From Ascoidea asiatica JCM 7603 (taxonomy: Eukaryota; Fungi; Ascomycota), in NCBI GenBank assembly GCA_001600695.1, contig BCKQ01000004.1:1072067-1136066 (forward strand): a stretch of DNA of 64,000 nt. Direction: 5' to 3'. The position numbers were made by a program, and so were the translations under genes. The notes under the pieces were generated by a model that was given only the letters and a program-made list of their open reading frames with translations, ran no database searches and was not told the DNA's origin. How positions within the stretch are numbered: the stretch's first letter is position 1; every line of letters starts with the position of its first letter. Of the stretch, positions 1 to 11,963 are shown piece after piece.

Positions 1-1659
1 TAAAGTTGCAGAAAATAAATATATTGAAAAAAAAAGTAAAGATAATTTCCAATTTTTAAAATAATTTTCATAATATTTATAACAATACCAAGTAATAATT
101 GAAGAATAAAATATATATAATAATGGTGCAAAAACCATAGAAACTAGAATTTTCCAAGTTGCAACAACATCATTTGCTTTAATTTTAACAGTTGAAGATT
201 TTAAAGCTTCTTTTGCTTTTTTTTTTGAAATTTTTTTTGTTGCAATAAAAACTGGTGAAAATAAAATTGTACCAGGTAATGCTAAAATACTTAAAAAAAA
301 TAATTTAATTGATTTATAAATTAAAATTGAAATATTTTTTGGTATATCAATTTTTGCATCTTCAACTAAATGATCAGGTATATGTAAATGATTTAAAGCA
401 TTATTATATGATAAAATTTTTTTTTTTAAAATTTGAACATCTTTTAAATCTTTAAAATGATCATAACCATTAACTAATCTTCTATTTAATTCAATTATTA
501 ATGGTAAAGGTAATTTATTTGCAAAATTATTTGAATATAATCTTCTTGCAGTTTGTATAACCATTAAAGTTTCATAATCTGGACAAGTAACAGTAACAGA
601 TTTTAAACCATTTGAAATAATTTCTAAAGATTTTTTAATTGCATCTTTATGAGAAATTCCATCATTTTTTTTATATAAATTAATTAAATTTTTTGGTAAT
701 TCAATTGGATGACCAAATTCTACAACAGCTCTTGATCTATATTTATGTGGATGAAAATAATTCATACCACATGGTATAATTTTTACATTACAATTTTTAT
801 TTTCAGACATTGCACCTAAAGCCATAATTGCAACACCAGCTTTTAAAGGTAATAAATTTGTTCTATCATGAGAACCACCTTCAGGAAATATACCAATACA
901 ATTACCATTTAAAAGATGATTAAAAACTTTATTATAAACATTTTTTTGATTAATTTTTTTTGCAATTTTAAAAATTGTACCTTTAATTAATAAATTTTTA
1001 ATTTTTATATTTTTTTTTAAATCATTTGAATTTAAATTAAATTCTTTTTTAATTATTAATTCATTATCATTTAAAATTTTTAAAATTTCAACATTACCTA
1101 AAGAATTTGGTAAACCAATTAAACCTTTTATAGAACATTGTTTTGTAAAATTAGTATTTATACCAGATATTAAAGTTGGATTATTTTTTAAATCTTTTAT
1201 AATAATTTTACCATAAGTTAATTTTAAATCATCTTGTGGTCTATTAACACCAATTGCAAGACATGATCTTGCTAAAAAACCAACAATTAATCTTTTTAAA
1301 GATTTTGCAGCAATTAAAAAACTTACTCTTCTATTACAATTTTTTTTAACTTGACCCATTAAAATTATTGGATCAACAAATTGATTTGCATGAGGAGCAG
1401 CAACAAAAATTAATGGACCATTTTTTGGAACTCTAAAAGCACCTCTTGGTCTAATTTCTCTAAAGAAACAATCAAATATACAAGATAATAACCAAAGAAA
1501 AAAATCATAAGAAAGTAATTCAAATTTTGTTGGTTGTTTATAATTATTTAATTTTATTTTTTCTTCATTTTTATCTTCATTTTTATCTTCATTTTTATCA
1601 TTTGAATCTATTTGAGATTTATCTTTTAAATCTATTTGAGATTTATCTTGATTATCCAT
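1..1659 (-). CDS. SCT1: Glycerol-3-phosphate/DHAP sn-1 acyltransferase (3' end runs off the left edge)
   Basis: Not in the ORF track. Manual translation from ATG at 1659: MDNQDKSQ...FFREIRPRGAFRVPKNGPLIFVAAPHANQFVDP...IGIFPEGGSHDRTNLLPLKAGVAIMALG...PCGMNYFHPHKYRSRAVVEFG. These are the HxxxxD and FPEG acyltransferase motifs, closer to Sct1 than Gpt2. Confidence 0.93.
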   Translation of the reverse strand, partial: MDNQDKSQIDLKDKSQIDSNDKNEDKNEDKNEEKIKLNNYKQPTKFELLSYDFFLWLLSCIFDCFFREIRPRGAFRVPKNGPLIFVAAPHANQFVDPIILMGQVKKNCNRRVSFLIAAKSLKRLIVGFLARSCLAIGVNRPQDDLKLTYGKIIIKDLKNNPTLISGINTNFTKQCSIKGLIGLPNSLGNVEILKILNDNELIIKKEFNLNSNDLKKNIKIKNLLIKGTIFKIAKKINQKNVYNKVFNHLLNGNCIGIFPEGGSHDRTNLLPLKAGVAIMALGAMSENKNCNVKIIPCGMNYFHPHKYRSRAVVEFGHPIELPKNLINLYKKNDGISHKDAIKKSLEIISNGLKSVTVTCPDYETLMVIQTARRLYSNNFANKLPLPLIIELNRRLVNGYDHFKDLKDVQILKKKILSYNNALNHLHIPDHLVEDAKIDIPKNISILIYKSIKLFFLSILALPGTILFSPVFIATKKISKKKAKEALKSSTVKIKANDVVATWKILVSMVFAPLLYIFYSSIITWYCYKYYENYFKNWKLSLLFFSIYLFSATL

Positions 1660-2158
1660 TTTAGAATTAAATGAATAAAGAAATATAATTTAAACCTTTA
1701 TTCACTTATTAAGAATATAAAATAAGTATTTTTAAAAGAATAAATTATTTAATATTCAATAAAGGATATATAATAGGATATGATATAATATGACAGGATA
1801 AGATAAGATAGGATAGGATTCAGAGAATAATAATATAATAAATGTAATCCAAATACAATTCACTTCAATTGAAACCAGAATCAAAACCAAAATCAAAATG
1901 AATATGATTCAAGAATGATGGAGTGAATTGAATAAGAATAAAAGCTTTTGATTCGCAGCAGAATCCCCAGATTTTACATGTTTATTTTATTTCTTTGTTT
2001 TGTTCTGTTATCAAATGGCAAAGCAGAAAAAGAAAGCAGAAAAAGAAAGCAGAAATTGTTGAACTGAGAAATGTTGGACGAGGCAGGGCACCGCCACCGG
2101 GCAAGGAAGGAGAAAGGGCGGATACTGAAAGGGGGCTGGTTACAGCGGATATCGCGGC

Positions 2159-2220
2159 GCGTGAAGTGCGTGAGAAAGTGCGTGCAGACGTGCGTGCCAA
2201 ACAGCGTGGGAAAGTGCGTT
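2159..2220. promoter_or_regulatory. Phased GCGT(G) motif array in a GC-rich island upstream of SCT1
   Basis: GCGT cores at 2168, 2180, 2192, 2204 and 2216 (exact 12-bp period) plus one at 2159. The array is seen directly; the regulatory role is inferred from position. Confidence 0.5.
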
Positions 2221-2261
2221 TATTTCCATTTCCGTTTTGGGCCTCGCTGAAACTTTATTTA

Positions 2262-2315
2262 TTTTATTTCATTTTATTTCATTTTATTTCATTTTATTTC
2301 ATTTTATTTCATTTT
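2262..2315. repeat. (ATTTTATTTC)n tandem repeat
   Basis: About five consecutive copies of attttatttc. Confidence 0.9.
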
Positions 2316-2414
2316 GTGATTGATTCTAAATCATGAATTTAGAATTGGTCACAGCCATTTCAATTCTTTTTTGGCTTTCCAACTGAAGTTCTTATTGATT
2401 CTTATTAAATATTA

Positions 2415-4247
2415 TCAATTTTTATCAATCTTCACCAATTTACTATTCTTTCGAACATCAATTCTTCCTTGATATTCATATTCATCTTGATTTTTATTTT
2501 CAAAAATTTTAACATTATTTGAATTTTTTAATTTTTCTTTATTATAATCTGATAATAAATATTTGAAATTTTTATGTAATGATTCAATTTTTAAATATTC
2601 TTTATTAATTTCTTCAAGTTTTCTCTTCATTTCAATATCTTCATTATCTTTAGTATCTTTAGTATCTTTAGTATCCTCATTATCTTTAGTATTATTCTTT
2701 ATTACATTTTTATTTTCAATATTCTTCTTGGTTTTTTTCTTATTCTTAAGTTCATTATTATTCATACTACCTTCATAATCCATTGTATTTTCAATCTTTA
2801 TAGGATTAAAATTATTATAATTATTATAATCATCAAAATTTATATCTAAATTAAATTCTTCTAAATTATTATAATTTAATGAAAAATTATTTTCAATATT
2901 ATTAAAAATATTAAAATTACTTAAATTACTTAAATTATTATTATTATTATTATTATTATCTTCATTAACAACTTCATTTACTCTTTCAAGATTCTCAAGA
3001 TTTTCAATTCTTTTAATATCTTCAAAAATCTTTTTTTCAAGTTCTTCATTAACAATATTAATATCTTGTTGTTGTTGTTCTTCTTCTTCTTCTTCTTTGA
3101 TTTCTTCAATATCTTTAATATCTTTAATATCTTTAATATCTTCTTTGATATTTAATTCATCAATTAATTCAAATTTATTATTATTAAAACATTTAACATT
3201 AAATAAAAATGAATAATCTATTTTAAGTATCTTACATAATGATAATTTTTCTTCATTAAAATTTAAATCACTTAAATAATTATAAATATAATTTAAACTT
3301 TTATCAATTTTTAGTTCTTTATTAATTTCATTTTCTTTTTCATTTTCTTCTTCTTCATTAATATTAAAATCATTCATAGATTTATAAATTTCAAAATTTT
3401 TTTTAAAATTTTCATTCATTTCATATAATAATTTAACAATTATTAAAATTATATAACATAATTCTTCATTTTTTTTAATTAAATAATTTTTAAAAATTTT
3501 TTCAATTTTATAAATTTCAAAATTTTTAATTTTATTAAATTTTAATAAATTAATTTCTTTTAAAATTTTTTCAAAAATATTTAAAAAAATTTTAATATAT
3601 TTCTTATTATCATATTTTGTTAATTTATTTTCTTTATTAAAATTTAATTTCCTTTTTTTTTTACAATATTTTGGTTTAATTAATTGAAATTTATCTTCAA
3701 TTTCTTTACGTTTTTTAATATCATCATCAAAATTTAAATTATATTTATTTGAATAATTTAATTTATTATAAACTTCATTTAATTTATTATTCCTTTTATC
3801 TTTATCTTTATCTTTATCTTTATCTTTAAGATTATTAGTGTTACTAGAACTAGAACTTGAACTTGTTTTAAAAAATTTTAATTTAGTTTCTTCAAACTTT
3901 TCTTCACTTATATTTAAAACTTTTATAACTTTCTTAATACTTGATTTATTTGTAAAATCAGTGATTTTATTACTAATATCAATGTTACTGATACTTTTAT
4001 TTTTTTCTATATTCAATTGAATTCCTTTATATTTATCATTTTCATAAATATCTGAATTGATGAACTTCTTCCTTATCTTCTCATCATTCTTTATTATGAT
4101 ATCTAATTGATTCTTTTTATTCTTTTCATTATTCTTTTCATTACTTTTGACATTGATGCTTTTATCATTCACCTCTCTTGAACTTGGATCAGATTCATCT
4201 TCATCTCTCTTCCCAGGAAGCTTCAACTTGATCTTTCTGCAAACCAT
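2415..4247 (-). CDS. Hypothetical K/N/E-rich protein, about 610 aa
   Basis: Open frame of 1.8 kb in very AT-rich DNA with codon-periodic composition. First ATG is at 4247 (the track starts at GTG 4250). No family recognised. Confidence 0.75.
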   Translation of the reverse strand: MVCRKIKLKLPGKRDEDESDPSSREVNDKSINVKSNEKNNEKNKKNQLDIIIKNDEKIRKKFINSDIYENDKYKGIQLNIEKNKSISNIDISNKITDFTNKSSIKKVIKVLNISEEKFEETKLKFFKTSSSSSSSNTNNLKDKDKDKDKDKRNNKLNEVYNKLNYSNKYNLNFDDDIKKRKEIEDKFQLIKPKYCKKKRKLNFNKENKLTKYDNKKYIKIFLNIFEKILKEINLLKFNKIKNFEIYKIEKIFKNYLIKKNEELCYIILIIVKLLYEMNENFKKNFEIYKSMNDFNINEEEENEKENEINKELKIDKSLNYIYNYLSDLNFNEEKLSLCKILKIDYSFLFNVKCFNNNKFELIDELNIKEDIKDIKDIKDIEEIKEEEEEEQQQQDINIVNEELEKKIFEDIKRIENLENLERVNEVVNEDNNNNNNNNLSNLSNFNIFNNIENNFSLNYNNLEEFNLDINFDDYNNYNNFNPIKIENTMDYEGSMNNNELKNKKKTKKNIENKNVIKNNTKDNEDTKDTKDTKDNEDIEMKRKLEEINKEYLKIESLHKNFKYLLSDYNKEKLKNSNNVKIFENKNQDEYEYQGRIDVRKNSKLVKIDKN

Positions 4248-4615
4248 CACTTACTCCTTCAATCTTGTCTTGATTCTCTCTCTTCTCTTCTCTTCTCTTA
4301 ATACCAATCAATCAATCATCAATCACTTTCTTCTTCTTCTTCTTCTTCTTCTTCTTTTATTTGTTTATTTCTTTTCTTTTCTTTCATTTTTTGTTTTTTT
4401 TTGTTTTGCAGAGCCGAGAAACCACCGCGACGGATCCAATCCGATTTCAATTTCAACTTCAAAACAAACTGAAAGAAAGAAGTGAATAAAGAATAAAGAA
4501 TAATAAAGAATAATAAATAATGAATAAATAATGAATATCTGATAACAATGCAATAATATTTTATAATTACTATTTTATTCAAATCACATTATTAAAACTT
4601 GAAATATATTTTGAA

Positions 4616-5494
4616 ATGGGTAATTTAAACGACTATTTAAACAAAAATTATCTTACCAATACCAGTAATAAAAAATCAAAGAAATCAAATTCAAAATCAA
4701 TAAAGAAACATGATTCAGATAAAAATAAAAATAAAAATAAAAATAAAAATAAAAATTTATCAAAGTCAACAACTTTAATAATTGATGATAATGATATAAC
4801 TTCAAATTTAAATTCTAATTCAATAATAAATAAATCAAATTATTCTATAAATAAACAATTTGAAATTGATAGAAATGAAAATACTAATAAAAATTATGAT
4901 AAAAAAAAAATTTGGAAAAAAATAGCGACAAATGAATTATTAAATAAAATTATAAATAATGAACAAAAAGAATTTAATAATCAAAAAACAATATTCAGAG
5001 ATCAAAATGGAAGAATAATAAATTCTGATTTAGATAATGAAATTTTAAATAAAAATGATATAAAAAAAGATAATTCTAAAGATAATCTTCAATATACTTA
5101 TGATGAAGATTTAGATCCAATACCATTCAATGAAGATTCAGTAATAAGATTTCAAAAAACTGAAAAATTTGGAAATTTTGAAAAAGAAGTTAAAAAAAAT
5201 GAATTAATTTTAGAAGATGATCCAATAAATATAATTTCCAATAATAATGAAGATATTGAAAATAATTTAAATAAAAGAAATAATAAATTTATTTCAATAA
5301 CTGGTAGAAAATTATATAATAAAGGTCCATCAACTGTAAATAGATTTAATATCATTGCAGGTTATAGATGGGATGGTATAGATAGATCAAATGGTTTTGA
5401 AGAAAAATATTTAAAAAAACAAAGAGATATAATTGAAAATGAACAAATAAAATATTCTAAAAATTTTCAAAATTTAGATTCTGATTCTGATTAA
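4616..5494 (+). CDS. BUD13: Pre-mRNA splicing/retention (RES complex) factor Bud13/Cwc26
   Basis: TIFRDQNGRII, EDDP and the C-terminal NRFNIIAGYRWDGIDRSNGFE signature. Confidence 0.93.
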   Translation: MGNLNDYLNKNYLTNTSNKKSKKSNSKSIKKHDSDKNKNKNKNKNKNLSKSTTLIIDDNDITSNLNSNSIINKSNYSINKQFEIDRNENTNKNYDKKKIWKKIATNELLNKIINNEQKEFNNQKTIFRDQNGRIINSDLDNEILNKNDIKKDNSKDNLQYTYDEDLDPIPFNEDSVIRFQKTEKFGNFEKEVKKNELILEDDPINIISNNNEDIENNLNKRNNKFISITGRKLYNKGPSTVNRFNIIAGYRWDGIDRSNGFEEKYLKKQRDIIENEQIKYSKNFQNLDSDSD

Positions 5495-5593
5495 TTTTAT
5501 ATCTATATATTATATTTTATATTATATTATATTATATGATATTATATGATATTATTTATCTATTATTTATTTACTTACTAGGAAATTATGAAA

Positions 5594-6057
5594 TTATGAA
5601 ATTAAATTTTTAATTTCATAATGAGATTCTGCAATATTATTTGATACATCTAAAAATAAATAATATTCTTGATTAATTGCATCAACTAAATTTTGTAAAT
5701 TATCATTATTATTACCATTAAAATTACCATTAATATTATTATTATTATTAATATTATTATTATTATTAATATTATTCATATTTAAATTTGAAAAAATTGA
5801 AATTTTATCTAAATTTAAATTAACTATTTTATTTTTATAATTATTAATAGAATTATTAATTGAATTATTAATTAAATTTTTTTCATTAATATTTGAATCA
5901 TTTGTAACTAATAATAAATTATTTGTATTTTGTTCTAAATCTTGAAATGATAATTCAATATCATTTAATAAAGTTATTAAAGTATCATATTTTGTTTTAA
6001 AATCTAATAATTTATCATTAAAGAATTTAATTAAAAATTTATTATTATTATCTTTTG

Positions 6058-6090
<33 letters not shown>

Positions 6091-6102
6091 TGTTATTGTT
6101 AC

Positions 6103-6133
<31 letters not shown>

Positions 6134-6870
6134 TGAATTTGAATTTAGATTCATTAAATCAGATAATTTTTGTAAATTATCTAAAATATTTTGTGGATTA
6201 CTTGAATCAGATAAAGTTATAAATTTATTATTATTATTATTAATATTATTAATATTATTAATATTATTATTTGAATTATTATTATCTTTATTATCTTTAT
6301 TTAAAATATTAAAAGATAAATTATTAATTAAGGATATAAAATTTTCACAAATTATAATTAAATTATTAAATTTTAATTTTAAATTATTTAAATTTTTTAA
6401 ATCATTTAATAAAACATTATTAATTAATTTATGATTTGAAATTAAATATTTTAAATCTATAGAAATTGAATCAACTAAATTATTATGATTTAAATTATTT
6501 GATTTTAAATTATTATAAATTATTAATTGTTTATTAATATAATTATTTAATTCTTTAATTTCATTTTGATAATTTTGTGGTAAATCTGTTACTCTTGTTA
6601 ATAAAGTTATCACAGGTAATTGATTACTATTATTATTATTATTATTATTATTTGAATTTAATGGATTTAAGGTGTTATTTGAATAAGTATTCAACGAATT
6701 AGAAAAATTACCAAATAAATTATTAGAAGTATTATTACCAAAGGTATTATTAGTATTATTATTAGTATTAGTATTTGAAATATTATTATTACCAAAAATT
6801 GAATTTGAATTTGAATTTGTATTTGTATTTGTATTTGTATTTAATTTATTACCAAATATACCCCCAGATG

Positions 6871-6901
<31 letters not shown>

Positions 6902-7201
6902 CCCAAATAAACCAGTTGTATTTGAAGTTGTATTTGAATTTGAATTTGAATTTGAATTTGTATTAAAAGTTAAAGGAGTTGAAGGAGTTGTAGTTGTATT
7001 AAAAGTTGAAGATGGAGTAGTACCAAAAGATACTTTTTTATTTGGATTAAATAAACTATTTGAATTTGTAATTGTATTTGTATTTGTATTTGTATTATTT
7101 GTATTATTATTATTTGAATCAGATCCAAATGTAAAAGAAACTGATTTTTTTGCAGGTTGAGAGTTATTATTATTATTATTATTATTACCAAAGCTGAACA
7201 T
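5594..7201 (-). CDS. NUP49: FG nucleoporin, Nup49 family
   Basis: N-terminal FG repeats (FSFG, FTFG, GLFG, GIFG, SIFG, NLFG), then TRVTDLPQNYQNEIKELNNYINKQ typical of the start of the Nup49 coiled coil, and a C-terminal FLDVSNNIAESH. Confidence 0.78.
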
Positions 7202-7431
7202 GATGAAATATTTAGATGAATATGATTAATATTAGGAATAAGAAAATGAATTGAAGTAATTGATGTTATAATATTACAATATTTCTATAATTCAATAATT
7301 CAATACTTCAATAAACCTTTATTATCTTTTTTTCATTATTCATTATTTATTATTTATTATTTATTATTTATTTATTATTTAATTTCTTGTCAATTGAAAA
7401 CAAAGAAAGAAGAAATTGAAAAAAAACAAAA

Positions 7432-7439
7432 CACGTGAC
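7432..7439. promoter_or_regulatory. Cbf1-type site CACGTGAC upstream of NUP49
   Basis: Exact GTCACGTG on the minus strand, about 230 bp upstream of the ATG. Confidence 0.5.
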
Positions 7440-8199
7440 ATGTAAATTATAGAACCACCGCTGTTCTGGTCTCAGAACTAATAGCACATTAAAAAACAGT
7501 AAAATGCAGCTGTATGCATTGGATCCTTTTGAGTGGATGTAAGAATAAAGTTTAGGATAAAATGAGTCAAAATAATTACAATATCTTTCGAAGTATTTGA
7601 GATTTGATATAATGCAATTCAAGTAGAGTAATTGAACCAATAGGATAAATGAGGATGAAGTAACATATCAAAAGCTACCTGTAATAGTGTGAAAATCAAT
7701 ATTAGTCGAATCAATTCAATGGAATATTGTAGTTTGAAGATAATTGAGAAACAGAAATGATTCAAAAGCAGCACTGACTGGGTCGAATTGATAAAAGTAA
7801 TGGAAATTGAATACCGAAAGAAAGAAAGAGTATTCAAACAAATGGGATATACAAATCAGTTTATAATCACTAATAGTTATTGAATTATCAGAATTTGAAA
7901 TTATACTTATATTTTCGTATTTATTCTTTTTATTCTTTTTATTCTTTTTATTCTGTTTATTCTTTTAGATACTTTTCATCTATTTTATATATAATCACTG
8001 CATGTTATCCATACTAAATCAATAATATCCACACATACGGTCTCAAAGGCTGTTTGCCTATAAAAATTACAGCAGGAAATCACCTGACAGACAGGCTCTT
8101 TATAAAAAGGAATAAAGAAAGTTGTAGCAGTTGTTGCAGCTGTTTCCAAAGGCAAAGAAGCAACAAAAATGATGCTTTCCATGACCAAAATCATCCAAA

Positions 8200-8740
8200 A
8201 GAAACCAGAACCATCTCAACCACCACAAAACGCAAAACGCAAAACGCAAAATGCAAAATGCAAAATGCAAAACGCGAAACGCCAAATTGATTGGCCCGGA
8301 TTGCGACGGATTGCCGTGGACAATGCACACCGCGGTTTCCCTTCAACCTCGCGGAAACAGTCGTATGGGCTGAGACATCCAACATTCGATGTTCTGGTGG
8401 TTAGAAATCTCAGCGTGGCAGTGCGCTGGCGGCGAAACAAGGCTCATTCCACCCAAATAGGCAACTGGGGAAGGACTCCGGCACAGATCTGATTGAAGTT
8501 TTCAATGGTCGGAATCGGTCGTGCTCACCCTGCTGAAGCCGACTTCCACGCTCTCCCCTCTGCCGAGAGTGGGAAAAAACAAGAGATGGCACGTGAATTA
8601 CGCTGTCTCACTTGCCTTGGTGCCTGAGATGCGTCTTCCCCGGGCCAGAGGGTCTGTGGGCACTGTTTCTGGCGCGTTGATCAACCTCGATTTTTACCCA
8701 GAACAGTACCGAAGTAGTCATTGAATTGATTTTTCGGGTT
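8200..8740. promoter_or_regulatory. GC-rich island in the NUP49/AGC1 divergent region, probable UAS
   Basis: Sharp rise in GC and CpG relative to the flanks, CACGTG at 8590, several CGG/CCG triplets, no credible ORF. Confidence 0.55.
8224..8286. repeat. 7-bp tandem repeat (YGCAAAA-like) x9
   Basis: CACAAAA, CGCAAAA x3, TGCAAAA x3, CGCGAAA, CGCCAAA in direct succession. Confidence 0.9.
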
Positions 8741-9506
8741 TCCAATTTCCAATTTTCTTTTTTGCTTTTTTACTTTTTTTTCTTTTGATTGTGAGTCGCG
8801 ATTGAATCGAATATGATTGATTTTTTAATCATCCTTTGATAAATTGATCAATTAATTAACTATTCAATTAATTAATGTAAGAATACAACAAAATTAATGT
8901 GATTAATCAATATGATTAATTAATTAATAGAAGTAGTTTACTCCAGTAACTAATTAACATAACTCCAGTGATTAATTAACTAATTAACTAATTAAAATTT
9001 CATTTCTTTTCTCTTTCACCCAGATTTTCAGTATCTTCTAAAATAAACGAATAAAATTTCAATTTCCATTTCCATTTCCATTTCCATTTCCATTTATTAT
9101 AAAAATATAAATATATTCAATTATCTCCAATCTTTTACTTTTACTCTTTTAATATTTCTCTTTTATCCAATTATCCAATAATTAATATTCATATCATATA
9201 ATAACATAATAATATAATAATATTCAATTCAATGTTTAATAAATAAGTAATTATATTATTCTTATCAATTCTCTTATTTTATAATCATATTCTCCATCTC
9301 TTTTAATTATATTCCATTCATAGAAATATATTTTATCTCATATATTAATTTCATATATTAATTTCATATAATTTCATATAAATATAAATCTATTCAATAT
9401 ATATATATATATATTCTTACTTTTTCTATTCTCTTTTATTCTCTTTTATTATCTTTATTAAACTTCTATTATAACTTTATAACTTTATAACTATATAACT
9501 ATAAAA

Positions 9507-11963
9507 ATGTCAGAATTAGTATCTTCAACTTCAACTTCTACTTCTTCTACAACTAAATCCTCTTCAAATAATCCAAATTTAATTCAAATTTCAAATCCAA
9601 TTAATACTAATATTTCAATTTCAAATCAATTATTTAATAAATTCTCAATTACAAATGAAAATAATTTAATTAATCCAAATGAAAAAATATTAAATTTAAA
9701 TAATTTCATTAATTTATTTAATTTTAATAATACTCAATTTATTAATCAATTAAATAAAAAATTTAATAATGATAATAATAATAATTTTTATAATCTTTTA
9801 TTTTTAATTGCTGATGAAGAATTTAAAGGTTATTTAAATGAAAAAAATTGGTTAAATTTTACAAATATTTTAAATTCAAATGATAATGATTATAAATATA
9901 AATTAATTTTTAATTTCTTAAATAATTTATCAAATAATATTACTAAAAATAATAATAATAATAATAATACTATAAATAATGATAATAAAATTAATATAAA
10001 TAATTTAAATAATCTTTTAAATAATTTAAATATTTATTTTAATTCAAATTCAATCATAGATTTTAATCAATTTAAAAATTATTCAATAGATTCAAAAAAT
10101 TTAGATTTTAATTCTTTTAATAATATCATCACTAATGATTTATTATTTTTTAAAATTAATAACCTTTTTGAAAATTTAAAAGATAAAAAAAAAAATAATA
10201 CTATAAATTTAAAAAATTTAATAAAAATTATAAATTTATCTTATAATAATAAATTATCTAAAAATTTTATAAATAATCTTTCAAAATTATCATTTAATAT
10301 AAATTTTAAATTTGGTAATGATTTTAATTATTCATATTCTGATTTAAAAATTTTATCAAATTTAATTAATAAATTTGATTTAATTAATTCAATTATTTTA
10401 GATTTTAATTCAAATTTAATTAATAAAAATGATTTTAAAAAATTTATAAATTTAAATTTTAATAAATTAAATAATTTAAATAATTTCACTCCTTTAGAAA
10501 TTGATCTTTTATTTCATTTACTTCAAATTAATTCAAATTCAAATTCAAATTCAAATTCCTCAAATTCAAATTTTTTTAAAAAAGAAGATTTTTTCAAAAT
10601 TGTAAATATTAATTATTTTGATTCTTTAAAATTTAATTCAATTAATAATAATAATAACTTTGGAAATAATAATGAAATTATAGATATTAATGATAATGAT
10701 GATTTAAATATAATTTCTAAATTTTATACAAATCCATATCTGAAATTAGTTGAACCTTATTTTAATAAATTTACTCATATTTATAATTTATCTAATTTTT
10801 CTTTTTATCCAATTTTTGATTCTTTATATCTTTTTGCTTTAGGTTCTTTAGCTGGTATGGTTGGTGCAACAATGGTTTATCCAATTGATCTTGTAAAAAC
10901 TAGAATGCAAGCTCAAAGATCTGGTTCAATTTTATATAAAAATTCAATAGATTGTTGTATAAAAATTGTTTCTAAAGAAGGTATCTTTGGTCTTTATTCA
11001 GGGTTAGGTCCTCAATTAATTGGTGTTGCTCCTGAAAAAGCAATAAAATTAACTGTTAATGATTTAATTAGAAATTATGCAAAATCAAATTATTCAGATT
11101 CAAAAAATAATATTCCATTACCTTGGGAAATTTTAGCTGGTTCTTCTGCTGGTTTTTCTCAAGTTATTTTTACAAATCCTTTAGAAATTGTTAAAATTAG
11201 ATTACAAGTTCAAGGTGAAAGAGTTGGACAAATTTCTGCAAATGGTCAAATTATTAAAAAATCTTCTGCAATTCAAATTATTTCTAATTTAGGTTTAAGA
11301 GGTTTATATAAAGGTGCTTTAGCTTGTTTAATGAGAGATGTACCATTTAGTGCAATTTATTTTCCAACTTATAATCATATTAAATCTGATTTTTTTAATC
11401 TTAATCCATATGATCCAAATAAAAGAAAATCTTTAAAAACTTGGGAATTATTAGTTTCTGGTGCAATTGCTGGTATGCCTGCTGCTTATTTAACAACTCC
11501 TGCTGATGTAATAAAAACAAGATTACAAGCTGGTGTTAGAAAAGGTGAAGTTGCTTATAAAGGTATTATTGATGCTGCAAAAGTTATTTATAAACAAGAA
11601 GGTTTTACTGCTTTTTTTAAAGGTGGTCCTGCTAGAATTTTTAGATCTTCTCCACAATTTGGTTTTACTTTAGCTGCTTATGAAGTTTTTCAAAAGACAT
11701 TTCCATTAAAACGTAGTGAAGCTCATAAACAATATTTAAATGCAAAAGAATTAAGTAAATCAACTCCATTAATTGATCCAAATTCTGAAGAATCAAAACT
11801 TTCTTTATTACAAAAACAAAATAATTCAGGACCTTTATATGTACCATTTTCTTATTATCATAAAAGTTATGAAGCTGTTAAATTATTACTTGACGTTGAT
11901 TATAACTTTAAAAATTTTGATTATGGTGTATATCAAAAACTTTCAAAAGATTTCAAAAATTAG
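9507..11963 (+). CDS. AGC1: Mitochondrial aspartate/glutamate carrier with long N-terminal extension
   Basis: Three PX[DE]XX[KR]X[KR] carrier signatures ([33 protein letters not shown]), [14 protein letters not shown] and [10 protein letters not shown] characteristic of Agc1/aralar. Confidence 0.95.
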   Translation: MSELVSSTSTSTSSTTKSSSNNPNLIQISNPINTNISISNQLFNKFSITNENNLINPNEKILNLNNFINLFNFNNTQFINQLNKKFNNDNNNNFYNLLFLIADEEFKGYLNEKNWLNFTNILNSNDNDYKYKLIFNFLNNLSNNITKNNNNNNNTINNDNKININNLNNLLNNLNIYFNSNSIIDFNQFKNYSIDSKNLDFNSFNNIITNDLLFFKINNLFENLKDKKKNNTINLKNLIKIINLSYNNKLSKNFINNLSKLSFNINFKFGNDFNYSYSDLKILSNLINKFDLINSIILDFNSNLINKNDFKKFINLNFNKLNNLNNFTPLEIDLLFHLLQINSNSNSNSNSSNSNFFKKEDFFKIVNINYFDSLKFNSINNNNNFGNNNEIIDINDNDDLNIISKFYTNPYLKLVEPYFNKFTHIYNLSNFSFYPIFDSLYLFALGSLAGMVGATMVYPIDLVKTRMQAQRSGSILYKNSIDCCIKIVSKEGIFGLYSGLGPQLIGVAPEKAIKLTVNDLIRNYAKSNYSDSKNNIPLPWEILAGSSAGFSQVIFTNPLEIVKIRLQVQGERVGQISANGQIIKKSSAIQIISNLGLRGLYKGALACLMRDVPFSAIYFPTYNHIKSDFFNLNPYDPNKRKSLKTWELLVSGAIAGMPAAYLTTPADVIKTRLQAGVRKGEVAYKGIIDAAKVIYKQEGFTAFFKGGPARIFRSSPQFGFTLAAYEVFQKTFPLKRSEAHKQYLNAKELSKSTPLIDPNSEESKLSLLQKQNNSGPLYVPFSYYHKSYEAVKLLLDVDYNFKNFDYGVYQKLSKDFKN

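Noticed and set aside
1982-2336. Short ORFs over the GC island upstream of SCT1 (likewise those at 8054-8724, 29110-29599, 46951-47235, 54540-54770)
   Set aside because: They arise from low stop-codon density in GC-rich DNA, often have non-ATG starts, lack host codon usage and resemble no protein I know.
7660-7885. Protein-looking plus-strand frame interrupted by TGA (…DWVELIKVMEIEYRKKERVF…), possible pseudogene
   Set aside because: Short, with several stops and no recognisable homology; not supportable without tblastx.
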